Shown piece after piece: positions 43,101 to 53,043 of a DNA stretch of 64,000 nucleotides. The notes below the pieces were generated by a model. The model saw only the letters and a program-made list of their open reading frames with translations. It ran no database searches and was not told the DNA's origin. The position numbers were made by a program, and so were the translations under genes. The stretch's first letter is position 1. Each line of letters begins with the position of its first letter. The stretch spans positions 640,001-704,000 of the forward strand of contig BK006946.2 of the NCBI GenBank assembly GCA_000146045.2, read 5' to 3'. The DNA comes from TPA_inf: Saccharomyces. Lineage: Eukaryota.

Positions 43101-44014
43101 CTTACATATACATCATCCGGCACAGATACAAAGTTCGTCTTGTTATCGATATGGATAGTGTCTATATGTGAACCAGACCAAGGGATACACGGGATTTTAG
43201 CGCTTTGTGCTACAATAGTGGAAGAAATCTTGTCACCCAATGATCTCATAGCGCGTCCAGGAGGACCAATGAATAGTATTTTCCTTTGTGAACTAGCTAA
43301 CAGCTCAGGAAGACACGGATTTTCAGAAGCATGGCCCCATCCAGCCCAGACCGCATCCACATCCGTTTGCTCTGCCACGTCCAGTATTAAGTCTATGTTG
43401 GCGTAATTGTTGTTGTTGGTACCCCCTGGTACCTGCACATATTGGTCTGCCATTCTAATATACTCCGAATTTGCGTGTAAATCATCAGGTGTCGCCATTA
43501 CCACGAATTGAATGATTTTTTCATCATTGAACGTCTCGTACGCCCATTTTCTTATAGATCTCATTTCTTTCACCGCAGCAATACCATTGTTTGCTATTAA
43601 GATCTTTGAAATAACAGTATGTCCACCACGTAAATCAACAAAATCTCTTAATATTGAAGGTTGGGCACTTTCCACAGTATTTAGCCCTATGAACTGGGGC
43701 GGTAATCGAGTATGTTTATGAATATTGCCTCGATCCACATAATTGGAATACCTTCTTCTAGATGGAAAATTCAAACCTATTCGAGATGAATGCCTATACG
43801 AATGGGCAAAAATGCGTTTTCTGTATTCAGGGCGCTGTCCTTTCAACCGTACTATCTGGCTGCCCGTTATATTATAGAATCGATAAGGATCCAAATATAA
43901 CGCGAGCTTGTACTGTCCTATTCGAATGCAAGTAATTGTGAATATGGTAATGTAAAAGTGAGAATGTATCCGGCGAGCCCCCCAGCTTTGGCCGTGTGTA
44001 ATTGTCTTCCCTTT
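37193..44014 (-). CDS. HFA1: Mitochondrial acetyl-CoA carboxylase Hfa1. The frame is open for 2273 codons from the upstream stop. The first in-frame ATG is at 43564, which leaves 2123 aa. Translation is reported to start at a non-AUG codon within the upstream extension.
   Basis: The frame is continuous from the stop TAG (plus-strand cta at 44015..44017) down to 37193. Biotin carboxylase, BCCP (AEIEIMKMQMPL biotinyl-lysine motif) and carboxyltransferase domains are present. The conserved BC N-terminal motif ISKILIANNGIAAVKE lies upstream of the first ATG. A basic Arg/Ser-rich presequence-like segment lies further upstream. Confidence 0.9.
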   Translation of the reverse strand, partial: KGKTITHGQSWGARRIHSHFYITIFTITCIRIGQYKLALYLDPYRFYNITGSQIVRLKGQRPEYRKRIFAHSYRHSSRIGLNFPSRRRYSNYVDRGNIHKHTRLPPQFIGLNTVESAQPSILRDFVDLRGGHTVISKILIANNGIAAVKEMRSIRKWAYETFNDEKIIQFVVMATPDDLHANSEYIRMADQYVQVPGGTNNNNYANIDLILDVAEQTDVDAVWAGWGHASENPCLPELLASSQRKILFIGPPGRAMRSLGDKISSTIVAQSAKIPCIPWSGSHIDTIHIDNKTNFVSVPDDVYVRGCCSSPEDALEKAKLIGFPVMIKASEGGGGKGIRRVDNEDDFIALYRQAVNETPGSPMFVMKVVTDARHLEVQLLADQYGTNITLFGRDCSIQRRHQKIIEEAPVTITKPETFQRMERAAIRLGELVGYVSAGTVEYLYSPKDDKFYFLELNPRLQVEHPTTEMISGVNLPATQLQIAMGIPMHMISDIRKLYGLDPTGTSYIDFKNLKRPSPKGHCISCRITSEDPNEGFKPSTGKIHELNFRSSSNVWGYFSVGNNGAIHSFSDSQFGHIFAVGNDRQDAKQNMVLALKDFSIRGEFKTPIEYLIELLETRDFESNNISTGWLDDLILKNLSSDSKLDPTLAIICGAAMKAYVFTEKVRNKYLELLRRGQVPPKDFLKTKFPVDFIFDNNRYLFNVAQSSEEQFILSINKSQCEVNVQKLSSDCLLISVDGKCHTVYWKDDIRGTRLSIDSNTIFLEAELNPTQVISPTPGKLVKYLVRSGDHVFAGQQYAEIEIMKMQMPLVAKSDGVIELLRQPGSIIEAGDVIAKLTLDSPSKANESSLYRGELPVLGPPLIEGSRPNHKLRVLINRLENILNGYHENSGIETTLKELIKILRDGRLPYSEWDSQISTVRNRLPRQLNEGLGNLVKKSVSFPAKELHKLMKRYLEENTNDHVVYVALQPLLKISERYSEGLANHECEIFLKLIKKYYAVEKIFENHDIHEERNLLNLRRKDLTNLKKILCISLSHANVVAKNKLVTAILHEYEPLCQDSSKMSLKFRAVIHDLASLESKWAKEVAVKARSVLLRGIFPPIKKRKEHIKTLLQLHIKDTGAENIHSRNIYSCMRDFGNLIHSNLIQLQDLFFFFGHQDTALSSIASEIYARYAYGNYQLKSIKIHKGAPDLLMSWQFSSLRNYLVNSDGESDEFTKLSKPPSTSGKSSANSFGLLVNMRALESLEKTLDEVYEQIHIPEERLSSGENSLIVNILSPIRYRSENDLIKTLKIKLHENERGLSKLKVNRITFAFIAANAPAVKFYSFDGTTYDEISQIRNMDPSYEAPLELGKMSNYKIRSLPTYDSSIRIFEGISKFTPLDKRFFVRKIINSFMYNDQKTTEENLKAEINAQVVYMLEHLGAVDISNSDLNHIFLSFNTVLNIPVHRLEEIVSTILKTHETRLFQERITDVEICISVECLETKKPAPLRLLISNKSGYVVKIETYYEKIGKNGNLILEPCSEQSHYSQKSLSLPYSVKDWLQPKRYKAQFMGTTYVYDFPGLFHQAAIQQWKRYFPKHKLNDSFFSWVELIEQNGNLIKVNREPGLNNIGMVAFEIMVQTPEYPEGRNMIVISNDITYNIGSFGPREDLFFDRVTNYARERGIPRIYLAANSGAKLGIAEELIPLFRVAWNDPSDPTKGFQYLYLAPKDMQLLKDSGKGNSVVVEHKMVYGEERYIIKAIVGFEEGLGVECLQGSGLIAGATSKAYRDIFTITAVTCRSVGIGSYLVRLGQRTIQVEDKPIILTGASAINKVLGTDIYTSNLQIGGTQIMYKNGIAHLTASNDMKAIEKIMTWLSYVPAKRDMSPPLLETMDRWDRDVDFKPAKQVPYEARWLIEGKWDSNNNFQSGLFDKDSFFETLSGWAKGVIVGRARLGGIPVGVIAVETKTIEEIIPADPANLDSSEFSVKEAGQVWYPNSAFKTAQTINDFNYGEQLPLIILANWRGFSGGQRDMYNEVLKYGSFIVDALVDYKQPILIYIPPFGELRGGSWVVIDPTINPEQMEMYADVESRGGVLEPDGVVSIKYRKEKMIETMIRLDSTYGHLRRTLTEKKLSLEKQNDLTKRLKIRERQLIPIYNQISIQFADLHDRSTRMLVKGVIRNELEWKKSRRFLYWRLRRRLNEGQVIKRLQKKTCDNKTKMKYDDLLKIVQSWYNDLDVNDDRAVVEFIERNSKKIDKNIEEFEISLLIDELKKKFEDRRGNIVLEELTRLVDSKRKR

Positions 44015-44466
44015 CTACCCAAGATGACTTCTTCTTTATCATTCTTCATTATTCATCTTTTCTTGTCATCTGCCGCCCACCCATTTTAGTTACCCTAACG
44101 GAAACATTGATGAATGATGCTATTATTACTGTCATAAGCAATAAAAAGAGAGGTTCCTACTACTTCTCCCGTGGAAAGCTAGCGATAGCCTTGTACTCTA
44201 TCTCACTTTCAGAATGCGTACACATTTATGTTTAAAGAGGCGTTTTGTGCTAGTTTTGTCTCAACGTGTATTTTATCGGTTGTAATTGTACTGACAATTT
44301 TCGGGCCTCGTTTGGCTGTCGCACTGAAATCTTCGACAGGGTATCGAAGAACGATACAACGATATGCCTATAAAGGTTAGTTAGCCATGATATTACTTCC
44401 TGGTTAGCTGGTGCGCTTCTTAGTCCTAACTTGCAAATTTATATCTACGTATAGAAAACTGTCAAT

Positions 44467-45798
44467 ATGTCATTACCGTTCTTAACTTCTGCACCGGGAA
44501 AGGTTATTATTTTTGGTGAACACTCTGCTGTGTACAACAAGCCTGCCGTCGCTGCTAGTGTGTCTGCGTTGAGAACCTACCTGCTAATAAGCGAGTCATC
44601 TGCACCAGATACTATTGAATTGGACTTCCCGGACATTAGCTTTAATCATAAGTGGTCCATCAATGATTTCAATGCCATCACCGAGGATCAAGTAAACTCC
44701 CAAAAATTGGCCAAGGCTCAACAAGCCACCGATGGCTTGTCTCAGGAACTCGTTAGTCTTTTGGATCCGTTGTTAGCTCAACTATCCGAATCCTTCCACT
44801 ACCATGCAGCGTTTTGTTTCCTGTATATGTTTGTTTGCCTATGCCCCCATGCCAAGAATATTAAGTTTTCTTTAAAGTCTACTTTACCCATCGGTGCTGG
44901 GTTGGGCTCAAGCGCCTCTATTTCTGTATCACTGGCCTTAGCTATGGCCTACTTGGGGGGGTTAATAGGATCTAATGACTTGGAAAAGCTGTCAGAAAAC
45001 GATAAGCATATAGTGAATCAATGGGCCTTCATAGGTGAAAAGTGTATTCACGGTACCCCTTCAGGAATAGATAACGCTGTGGCCACTTATGGTAATGCCC
45101 TGCTATTTGAAAAAGACTCACATAATGGAACAATAAACACAAACAATTTTAAGTTCTTAGATGATTTCCCAGCCATTCCAATGATCCTAACCTATACTAG
45201 AATTCCAAGGTCTACAAAAGATCTTGTTGCTCGCGTTCGTGTGTTGGTCACCGAGAAATTTCCTGAAGTTATGAAGCCAATTCTAGATGCCATGGGTGAA
45301 TGTGCCCTACAAGGCTTAGAGATCATGACTAAGTTAAGTAAATGTAAAGGCACCGATGACGAGGCTGTAGAAACTAATAATGAACTGTATGAACAACTAT
45401 TGGAATTGATAAGAATAAATCATGGACTGCTTGTCTCAATCGGTGTTTCTCATCCTGGATTAGAACTTATTAAAAATCTGAGCGATGATTTGAGAATTGG
45501 CTCCACAAAACTTACCGGTGCTGGTGGCGGCGGTTGCTCTTTGACTTTGTTACGAAGAGACATTACTCAAGAGCAAATTGACAGCTTCAAAAAGAAATTG
45601 CAAGATGATTTTAGTTACGAGACATTTGAAACAGACTTGGGTGGGACTGGCTGCTGTTTGTTAAGCGCAAAAAATTTGAATAAAGATCTTAAAATCAAAT
45701 CCCTAGTATTCCAATTATTTGAAAATAAAACTACCACAAAGCAACAAATTGACGATCTATTATTGCCAGGAAACACGAATTTACCATGGACTTCATAA
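44467..45798 (+). CDS. ERG12: Mevalonate kinase Erg12, 443 aa
   Basis: ATG 44467 verified. N-terminal APGKVIIFGEHSAV and the GHMP-kinase motif PIGAGLGSSAS are present. Confidence 0.95.
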   Translation: MSLPFLTSAPGKVIIFGEHSAVYNKPAVAASVSALRTYLLISESSAPDTIELDFPDISFNHKWSINDFNAITEDQVNSQKLAKAQQATDGLSQELVSLLDPLLAQLSESFHYHAAFCFLYMFVCLCPHAKNIKFSLKSTLPIGAGLGSSASISVSLALAMAYLGGLIGSNDLEKLSENDKHIVNQWAFIGEKCIHGTPSGIDNAVATYGNALLFEKDSHNGTINTNNFKFLDDFPAIPMILTYTRIPRSTKDLVARVRVLVTEKFPEVMKPILDAMGECALQGLEIMTKLSKCKGTDDEAVETNNELYEQLLELIRINHGLLVSIGVSHPGLELIKNLSDDLRIGSTKLTGAGGGGCSLTLLRRDITQEQIDSFKKKLQDDFSYETFETDLGGTGCCLLSAKNLNKDLKIKSLVFQLFENKTTTKQQIDDLLLPGNTNLPWTS

Positions 45799-45910
45799 GC
45801 TAATTTGCGATAGGCATTATTTATTAGTTGTTTTTAATCTTAACTGTGTATGAAGTTTTATGTAATAAAGATAGAAAGAGAAACAAAAAAAAATTTTTCG
45901 TAGTATCAAT

Positions 45911-47284
45911 TCAGCTTTCGAAGACAGAATGAAATTTAAGCAGACCATAGTATCCTTGATACATTGACTCATAATCAGTTAAATAGCCATTCAATCCCTT
46001 TGAGCTATCAACTTCATATTCCTCCACAAGGTCCTTCCACCCGCGAATTTTACGCAGCCGACTTAATTCATCTCCTGTAAATTGGACCAAGGGTTTGGTG
46101 CCATACTTTAATGGACCTACATTGACCCAATGCAGCTCTTTACAGTATTTCTTTAGTGCTTCAATACTGGATAGATATTCAAACATATTTTCCGCGGTAT
46201 CTATGAAATATGCGCTACAAATGATAATTTTATCATAGTCTTTGGAAATGGGAGAATATCGTGTGAAGTCCCCCCATAGTGGGTCCAGATTACTGCGGTG
46301 GCCAACTTTGCTCAAATCTGCCGATAAACTTCTCAACTGATTATCAAACACTGTCTGGCATGAATATTGTTGTACAAAAGGACGTATCTTAACGTCATGC
46401 TTATATTCGAGTGCAAATAGGTTACATATGTACATCAAGGCTGATAATTCGATGGAGTCCACCTGTATTTTGGGGAAAGTGGTGGCAAGAGTATGGGATA
46501 GGCCACCCACACCAGCCCCTGGGGTCACGATAAGAATTTTCTCTTTCATGTCCCCGGCACTAATCACATGATGGTTGATTCTACTAATGATAAAATTTTG
46601 TAAAGGATCTCTTTCCACACTATAGTAAGAGCTGAAATCACGACACAAATGTGCTAATGCTTCATGGACCACACTTTGGCTGCCTCGAGACGAAACTATT
46701 GGAAATACGAAGTCAGGATTCAATTGAATAAGGTGACCATCTTTAATCTTATAGCCGTGTTCCGCGCATATCTTTTCAATTTCCTCTGTAAATTCTTCAT
46801 CGTGTTCGTTGGAATGAATCAATTTCCCTAAAGTGAACTCAATTATCTTGTCAATAACTCTTGCGTTTTCTCGGATACCCTCATTATTTTTCATTAATTT
46901 GGTGAAGTAGCCTAATTTTTGCAACTGATCTTCTGAAATTCCATTTAATTGTCTTGCTCTCCGAAATAAAAGGCCATTATAGCCTTCTCCTCTTGCTCGA
47001 TACTCATGTAAACGGATTAAATTCCCCGTAAGATCAGGAAGAGTGGGAATCTGATAATTAATTTTAGAAAGATTCGATTGATCGGCAGATATTGATTTCT
47101 CAACATCAACCAATTTTAAGGAGGGCGATAAAACGCTGACTTTTTGGGCCAGATTTGATTTTCTTGATAATAGCTTTTCAACATATGATACAAACCACCT
47201 CTGCAACGGCTTATTTTGCCTTAGCAGTGTCATCAGGACTACCACAAGGGCTAGAATTATATTTGATGCCAGTGAGCTAACCAT
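45911..47284 (-). CDS. Putative SAM-dependent methyltransferase-like protein of unknown function, 457 aa
   Basis: ATG 47284..47282 verified. A Gly-rich motif-I-like KILIVTPGAGVGGLSH is present. Position matches YMR209C. Confidence 0.8.
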   Translation of the reverse strand: MVSSLASNIILALVVVLMTLLRQNKPLQRWFVSYVEKLLSRKSNLAQKVSVLSPSLKLVDVEKSISADQSNLSKINYQIPTLPDLTGNLIRLHEYRARGEGYNGLLFRRARQLNGISEDQLQKLGYFTKLMKNNEGIRENARVIDKIIEFTLGKLIHSNEHDEEFTEEIEKICAEHGYKIKDGHLIQLNPDFVFPIVSSRGSQSVVHEALAHLCRDFSSYYSVERDPLQNFIISRINHHVISAGDMKEKILIVTPGAGVGGLSHTLATTFPKIQVDSIELSALMYICNLFALEYKHDVKIRPFVQQYSCQTVFDNQLRSLSADLSKVGHRSNLDPLWGDFTRYSPISKDYDKIIICSAYFIDTAENMFEYLSSIEALKKYCKELHWVNVGPLKYGTKPLVQFTGDELSRLRKIRGWKDLVEEYEVDSSKGLNGYLTDYESMYQGYYGLLKFHSVFES

Positions 47285-47515
47285 TGGCGCTCCTCAACTT
47301 CGTATATCAATATTTTTACCTCTTCTATTTCCTGAAAAATTTGTTAATTGTACAGCATCGTTTACGTTTTTTTTTTTTTACGGGTCTTCTTACCTAACCC
47401 CGAAAAGTATTGTGGATCTTAAAAGGGTCTCAATTATTTGAAGTTCGATAAAAACCAACTACTTTGTTATTTTAAAACTGTATTATACAAACGCTGGTAA
47501 ACTTCCAGAGACGAT

Positions 47516-48865
47516 ATGCGTCTAAAAGAATTGTTACCTAATTTTTTGATTGTTCATCAAGAGGTCCCTGAGGATCCTATTGCATTCAAGTCCACCGATA
47601 AACGAGAGAATGAAAATAAAGAGATCACCATCCCTGAGCTAATAGATACTAAAGTTCCTGAATTAGCTGACGGTGCTACTGACACTTTATATGGTTTACT
47701 GGTCAATGGCCATTTACAAACTGCATATGGTTCCTTTAGACACTTTGACAATATATACAAAGTTCAATATAAAAGAATGATAATCAAATACCCACATGGG
47801 GGAGAAGGGACTGTGGATTTTGCTGTAAATGGTAGAAGTACCAAAAGAAGAAAAGTGGAAAAAGAATACGTGCCGACAAGTCAACCGGTATTTAACGGAA
47901 ACTTGAAACGAAGATATTCGTACTATTCCCCTGATGATCCTAAATTGAACTCAGACGATGCTAAGCCTATGCTTATTATTCTCCATGGATTAACAGGGGG
48001 TTCGAGGGAAAGCTACGTGAGGGCAATTGTTCATGAAATCACCACGAAGTATGACTTTGAAGCATGCGTGTTTAATGCTAGAGGATGTTGTTATTCTGCA
48101 ATTACAACGCCGCTATTATACAACGGTGGTTGGACCAATGATATAAGATATTGTGTTAATGACTTGAGGAAAAGATTTCCGAATAGAAAGTTTTATATGA
48201 TGGGATTTTCGTTAGGCGCATCTATAATGACAAATTACTTGGGAGAAGAGTCAGATCGTACTAAAATCGAATGTGCTATTTCCGTGAGTAATCCATTTGA
48301 CCTGTACAACTCTGCATATTTTATTAACAGTACACCAATGGGGTCACGATTTTATTCACCTGCTTTGGGTCACAACTTACTACGCATGGTTCGAAACCAT
48401 CTCTCTACTCTGGAAGAAAACCCTGATTTCAAAGATGTTATCGAGAAGCATTTAAAAAAGATTCGCACTGTGAGGCAATTTGATAACTTGTTGACAGGCC
48501 CAATGTTTGGATATAAAAATGCAGAGGAGTATTACAAGAATGCTTCATCATATAAAAGAATACCCGGGATCAGAACTCCTTTTATAGCTTTGCATGCTCA
48601 GGATGACCCAATTGTCGGAGGTGATCTTCCTATAGACCAAATAAAATCCAATCCATACACTTTGCTTCTAGAAACTTCGACGGGGGGGCATGTTGGATGG
48701 TTCAAAGACAGATCCGGCAGAAGGTGGTACGCAGAACCCTTATGCAGATTTTTGAAAATATTTCACGACGAAATTACTGTAAAGGGCTTAAAACCTGACT
48801 TGGAAAATGTTCAACTCCCAGATCCTAATTGCGAACCCATAGCCACAACCTTTCGCGCGAATTAG
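47516..48865 (+). CDS. Alpha/beta-hydrolase-fold acyltransferase/esterase-like protein, 449 aa
   Basis: ATG 47516 verified. The oxyanion-region motif HGLTGGS and the nucleophile elbow GFSLGAS (GxSxG) are present. Position matches YMR210W. Confidence 0.82.
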   Translation: MRLKELLPNFLIVHQEVPEDPIAFKSTDKRENENKEITIPELIDTKVPELADGATDTLYGLLVNGHLQTAYGSFRHFDNIYKVQYKRMIIKYPHGGEGTVDFAVNGRSTKRRKVEKEYVPTSQPVFNGNLKRRYSYYSPDDPKLNSDDAKPMLIILHGLTGGSRESYVRAIVHEITTKYDFEACVFNARGCCYSAITTPLLYNGGWTNDIRYCVNDLRKRFPNRKFYMMGFSLGASIMTNYLGEESDRTKIECAISVSNPFDLYNSAYFINSTPMGSRFYSPALGHNLLRMVRNHLSTLEENPDFKDVIEKHLKKIRTVRQFDNLLTGPMFGYKNAEEYYKNASSYKRIPGIRTPFIALHAQDDPIVGGDLPIDQIKSNPYTLLLETSTGGHVGWFKDRSGRRWYAEPLCRFLKIFHDEITVKGLKPDLENVQLPDPNCEPIATTFRAN

Positions 48866-49082
48866 TTTGTAAATAAGTCAACTTTTTAGATGTGTAACCT
48901 GATAATTTTTTTTTTTGATGTTCGACATCATTATTTCTGAATGAAAACGTGAAAAGCTTCGCCAAACTTAAAATGGAAAATTTCGAATGGAACAAAATAT
49001 AATCGATGCGATGAATTAAAACCTTGGAAGAAGAGGGTTAATTGTTAAAATTACATATATAATTGGCAGACAAGAATAAAAA

Positions 49083-50510
49083 ATGCATGAAGTAGTAACG
49101 ATATCGGTTTCGCAGAGAGCAAACCATTTGACTACTCAATTCTTCAATATACAAGAGGGCTATTTACAATTGTCTAAAGAACAACAAGTCAATGACTCCA
49201 AAATTTTTCTGAATTCGGTTGTAGATAAAGTTTCAAAAACAATTTCATATGCACCACGTGCCTTACTTTGGGATGCCCGTACAGGTAATGGTTCACTAGG
49301 AACATATCAATATTCAGAAAGCCAAGACTATCATTTCGGCAATGAAGACAAATTCAAGGAGCAAACAGTTATAAAGACTCATCCAAGAATACCTAAATCC
49401 GAATATCAGAGTTCTCTAGATGCAGGAGCACCGCTGCCTTGTTTGAACAGAGAAAATACGATGTATTGGTCTGACTATTCTAAACTTATCTATGGTCCTT
49501 CAAGTTTCAATATTTTGAGAAATTGGTACCATGACACTGAAAATCCAAACCAACCTGACTTTCAAAACTTGGGGGAGCGAAAGTTTGACAGGTATTCCAT
49601 TGGTTATGACGAATTTACCGAAAATTACTTGCAAGAGTTTTTTGATGGAAATTTGCATAGAGAATTGGAAAAATGTGACACCCTGCAAGGCTTCAATCTT
49701 GTAAGTGATATGGAGAGTGGATGGGGCGGGTTTTCTAGTGCTCTACTGGTGGAATTAAGGAATGAATTACCTAAAAAGGCGGTCTTTTCATGGGGACACA
49801 ATGAAGATGATCCATTCACAGATGACTTCCCTATGAAAAGACTTTCAAAGAAATGGCTCCCGATCATTTCGAACAAATTAAGAAGCACAATAAATATGAT
49901 GCAAGAATCCGATCTTTACTTCCCATTGTATGCTGCTCCTGGACTAACTAATTGGGAAACTGCTGGAAAGAGCTGTAGGATATTTGATTCTATAAATGCG
50001 ACAATTTCCCAAAGCAATCTTGAACAAAGAAAGACAATGGATTATCTAACAACTGCCATTACCTTAGGATATTCGTCGCGAAATATGGTCACTGGCATGG
50101 TTATCGGTGACACCGATTACTCATTCTGTTCTCGAGTACTTCCTTTCAAGAATAGCCACAAACCAAATTCTACTCACATATTTTCAAAAAGTTTCATTGA
50201 TAGAGGAAATCAAACGCATAAACATCATTCCGAACCTGATTCACGGAGTAAGATGATTGAAATGTATACACACAGGTATTTTCCATCTGATACGATACCG
50301 ACAGAATTTTCCAATGATCGTGAATTTGTTTTGGAATTAGAATCATCTGAAAAAAATCGAGATATATTCAAACATTGGAATGAGTTTGTGGTAAGGTACT
50401 TCAAAAATGATAGTGACAGAGAAGAATTGAAAAATGAACTTTCCGATTACGCCTCAGCGTACGAATCTGGGTGGTATGAAGACGAAGATTCTGGTGATGA
50501 CGATATGTGA
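49083..50510 (+). CDS. DML1: Misato/tubulin-like protein Dml1, 475 aa
   Basis: ATG 49083 verified. 475 aa. An acidic C-terminus is present ([14 protein letters not shown]). Position matches YMR211W. Confidence 0.85.
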
Positions 50511-50694
50511 TAAGCAGTTTGCAGCTACGTATTTCCTTTCTCCAGTTGAGGCAAACAGGACTTCTTCCATCTTTTTCGAAGTTTTTACTTCGCCATTTGA
50601 TCTATATCTACGTAAATTACATTAATTAGAAAGTCATGCTATATCACTCTTGCCCTTGAAAGCATCCACAGCTGTCCGTCAAAAACTTAATTTC

Positions 50695-53043
50695 TCAAGT
50701 GGAGGAGAAAATTTTACCTCTTGAACTTAAAGAATGTAAATCTTCATTTGCGTCTTTAAAGTCATCGTTTTGATTTTCACCAGTTGCTGTTTTTTGCAAA
50801 AAGGATTTTCTATTTCCAATGCTACTGCGATCAGAAAGACTAGATATTGGTGCAAGTCGCAGAGAATTTGATCTAGCAACGTCGATTTTATCCAAGCCAA
50901 CAATATTCTCCTCATCAGGATCTTTGATTTTATTCGCGTCATCTGAAAAAGTTTTCAATTCATTTAATAAAAATGTGATATTAGTGACACGAGATTTCAC
51001 TGATTGAGAACCCCGAAAAGAGCCATCTCTTTTCATATTATTTGGAATATTCTTTTCATTCATAGTTTTTTTCAAATCGCTAACTTTTGGTGCGGTGGCT
51101 CTCATTGTTTTCCATGATCTTGCGTCCTCAGCAACAAACCTATAGATACTACCTTTTGCATTAGCATCAGAAATTACAGTATCGTTAGCTTCTTCTATAT
51201 TGTCATCTATGCTGTTGTCGAATTTATTTTGCTTGGCCGCAAAATCGTTGTTATCATACACTGCTTTCCCATTTGAAAAAATAGCATTAGGGACATTCTT
51301 GTACTCCAGAGGTGTAGTACGAACTTGAGAGTCCGACAGTAAATCAGAAGTAGAAATTTGATTATCACGAGACAATAAAATCTGCGCCCCCTTCTTGCTG
51401 TATTTATTTGATCCAGTATCAGAATAGTATGACAATAAATCTTCCTTGGTAAACAAAGTTCTAGTTTGCATTTTGTACTCAGTTTGTGACTTGTAGTCAT
51501 TGAGTTTTAAAAAGTTAGCTGCTTGTAAATGGTACGAATAATAGGTATACTCAGGCTCAGAAACGTTCTCTAGAAAATAATTCAAACCGGATAATAGTGC
51601 CATTTTTCCATACTTGTCAAAGATCTCTTCCATCATTTCTTTTTGCACACCATGTGAATCCAGTTCACGTAATAATGAGTACAGTTTTGAAAAGAGAATG
51701 CTGCTTGGAACCTCAGTTTCAACAATGTTAAATAAACATATAATGTGGTTTTTCATGTAATGCGCCAAGTCGATGAATAATTCCAAACTGATACTTGGCT
51801 GCGTAATATGTTCAACGAGGAAATCAATATCTTCCACAACTGCATTCTTTTCAACATCCTTGACGGTGTCACTTTTCAATTTCAATAGTAGTTCATATAA
51901 CATATCTGAGGTCTGTTCAGCGTAATAAGTTTTATGGTTAAGGTCTGTCATGGTGATACAAGACTGTGCCACAACTTCTTTATTAGTTGCATTTTTCAAC
52001 TGGAAATTTAAAAGCTTTCTCATTATATCAAGAACACTCAACCCCACTATACTGACATCTGAAACAAGTAATGACGACATCAATTTCAAGGAAACAATTG
52101 GATTTACATTTTTATCCTTGTCGCTTAGTTGTCTGACCAAAAGAAGTATAACAATATATCGTAACTGAACAGGTATACCATTGCATACAAACTCTAGCAG
52201 TTCCTTATTAGGTGTACTTTGCAGACAGCGCAACAGAGTACGAATAGACAAATTCAATTTGTCTGTCTCAGTTGTGTTAAAATAGGATTGCAATGCTTTT
52301 ACTGAAAGGTCATGATTATCTTCGGCGGCCTTATCTAACCCAATTGTACGAGTTTGTGTTCGACTTAGCCTTTTTCCTAAATTGCTCTCCAGAGCTGCTT
52401 CCAGCGACAAAGTTTTAAATTTCGGATTTCTCTCTTGGAACTTTGAAATAGTATAGGCAACAGACTTGGAAACAAAGTGGTTTAGTTGTGGGTTGCTTGA
52501 AACACTATTTGTGTTTGATATATCAATACAGCATTTCAGAAGCATGTCATCATTATGAATTCTTTCAGTAACTATTTTAAAAAAAAGATCAACAAAGTTC
52601 TGGTATAACTGGACGAATTCCATGTCACCGTTACACAAGACGTCGTCCAAGTTCTGGCATATACTACTAAATGCCAGTTCTATTAATTCAACAACAGATA
52701 CATCATTGTTAAAATTGTTGTTGGAAAGAACTTTGTTCATAATGTACAAAAAATCTTTAACAAATACATTCAAATTCTCCTTACAATGCAACACAATTTT
52801 GTTCATTAAATCCAATGTAACGGCTATGTTCCCTATGCGCCGATGGTTCAAGTCGGAAGTGGAACGCTTAATCAGGTAAGTGCTAACTTTCTCCAATTTA
52901 CTACGCCTCGAGTTAACGTAATATAGCAAATATGAAGTTTCCGAAGATTTAGGCTTCTTATCTGTGGTCCTTCCCGTAGGATAACATTGATTGACCAGTT
53001 TCTGATGTTTTGGTGTGAACATCATCCGCATAGACAACTGCAT
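50695..53043 (-). CDS. EFR3: Plasma-membrane PI-4-kinase (Stt4) scaffold protein Efr3, 782 aa
   Basis: ATG 53043..53041 verified. 782 aa. Helical-repeat protein. The N-terminus MMFTPKHQKLVNQCYP matches Efr3p (YMR212C). Confidence 0.88.
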   Translation of the reverse strand: MQLSMRMMFTPKHQKLVNQCYPTGRTTDKKPKSSETSYLLYYVNSRRSKLEKVSTYLIKRSTSDLNHRRIGNIAVTLDLMNKIVLHCKENLNVFVKDFLYIMNKVLSNNNFNNDVSVVELIELAFSSICQNLDDVLCNGDMEFVQLYQNFVDLFFKIVTERIHNDDMLLKCCIDISNTNSVSSNPQLNHFVSKSVAYTISKFQERNPKFKTLSLEAALESNLGKRLSRTQTRTIGLDKAAEDNHDLSVKALQSYFNTTETDKLNLSIRTLLRCLQSTPNKELLEFVCNGIPVQLRYIVILLLVRQLSDKDKNVNPIVSLKLMSSLLVSDVSIVGLSVLDIMRKLLNFQLKNATNKEVVAQSCITMTDLNHKTYYAEQTSDMLYELLLKLKSDTVKDVEKNAVVEDIDFLVEHITQPSISLELFIDLAHYMKNHIICLFNIVETEVPSSILFSKLYSLLRELDSHGVQKEMMEEIFDKYGKMALLSGLNYFLENVSEPEYTYYSYHLQAANFLKLNDYKSQTEYKMQTRTLFTKEDLLSYYSDTGSNKYSKKGAQILLSRDNQISTSDLLSDSQVRTTPLEYKNVPNAIFSNGKAVYDNNDFAAKQNKFDNSIDDNIEEANDTVISDANAKGSIYRFVAEDARSWKTMRATAPKVSDLKKTMNEKNIPNNMKRDGSFRGSQSVKSRVTNITFLLNELKTFSDDANKIKDPDEENIVGLDKIDVARSNSLRLAPISSLSDRSSIGNRKSFLQKTATGENQNDDFKDANEDLHSLSSRGKIFSST

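Noticed and set aside
44224-44234. Perfect 11/11 match to the ARS consensus (ATTTATGTTTA) in the HFA1/ERG12 divergent intergenic region
   Set aside because: About 3 such matches are expected by chance in 64 kb of AT-rich sequence on both strands. I could not evaluate B elements or any replication data, so I make no ARS call here. I could not confirm or exclude an origin in the AT-rich 9281..10035 GYL1-MRPL24 spacer either.
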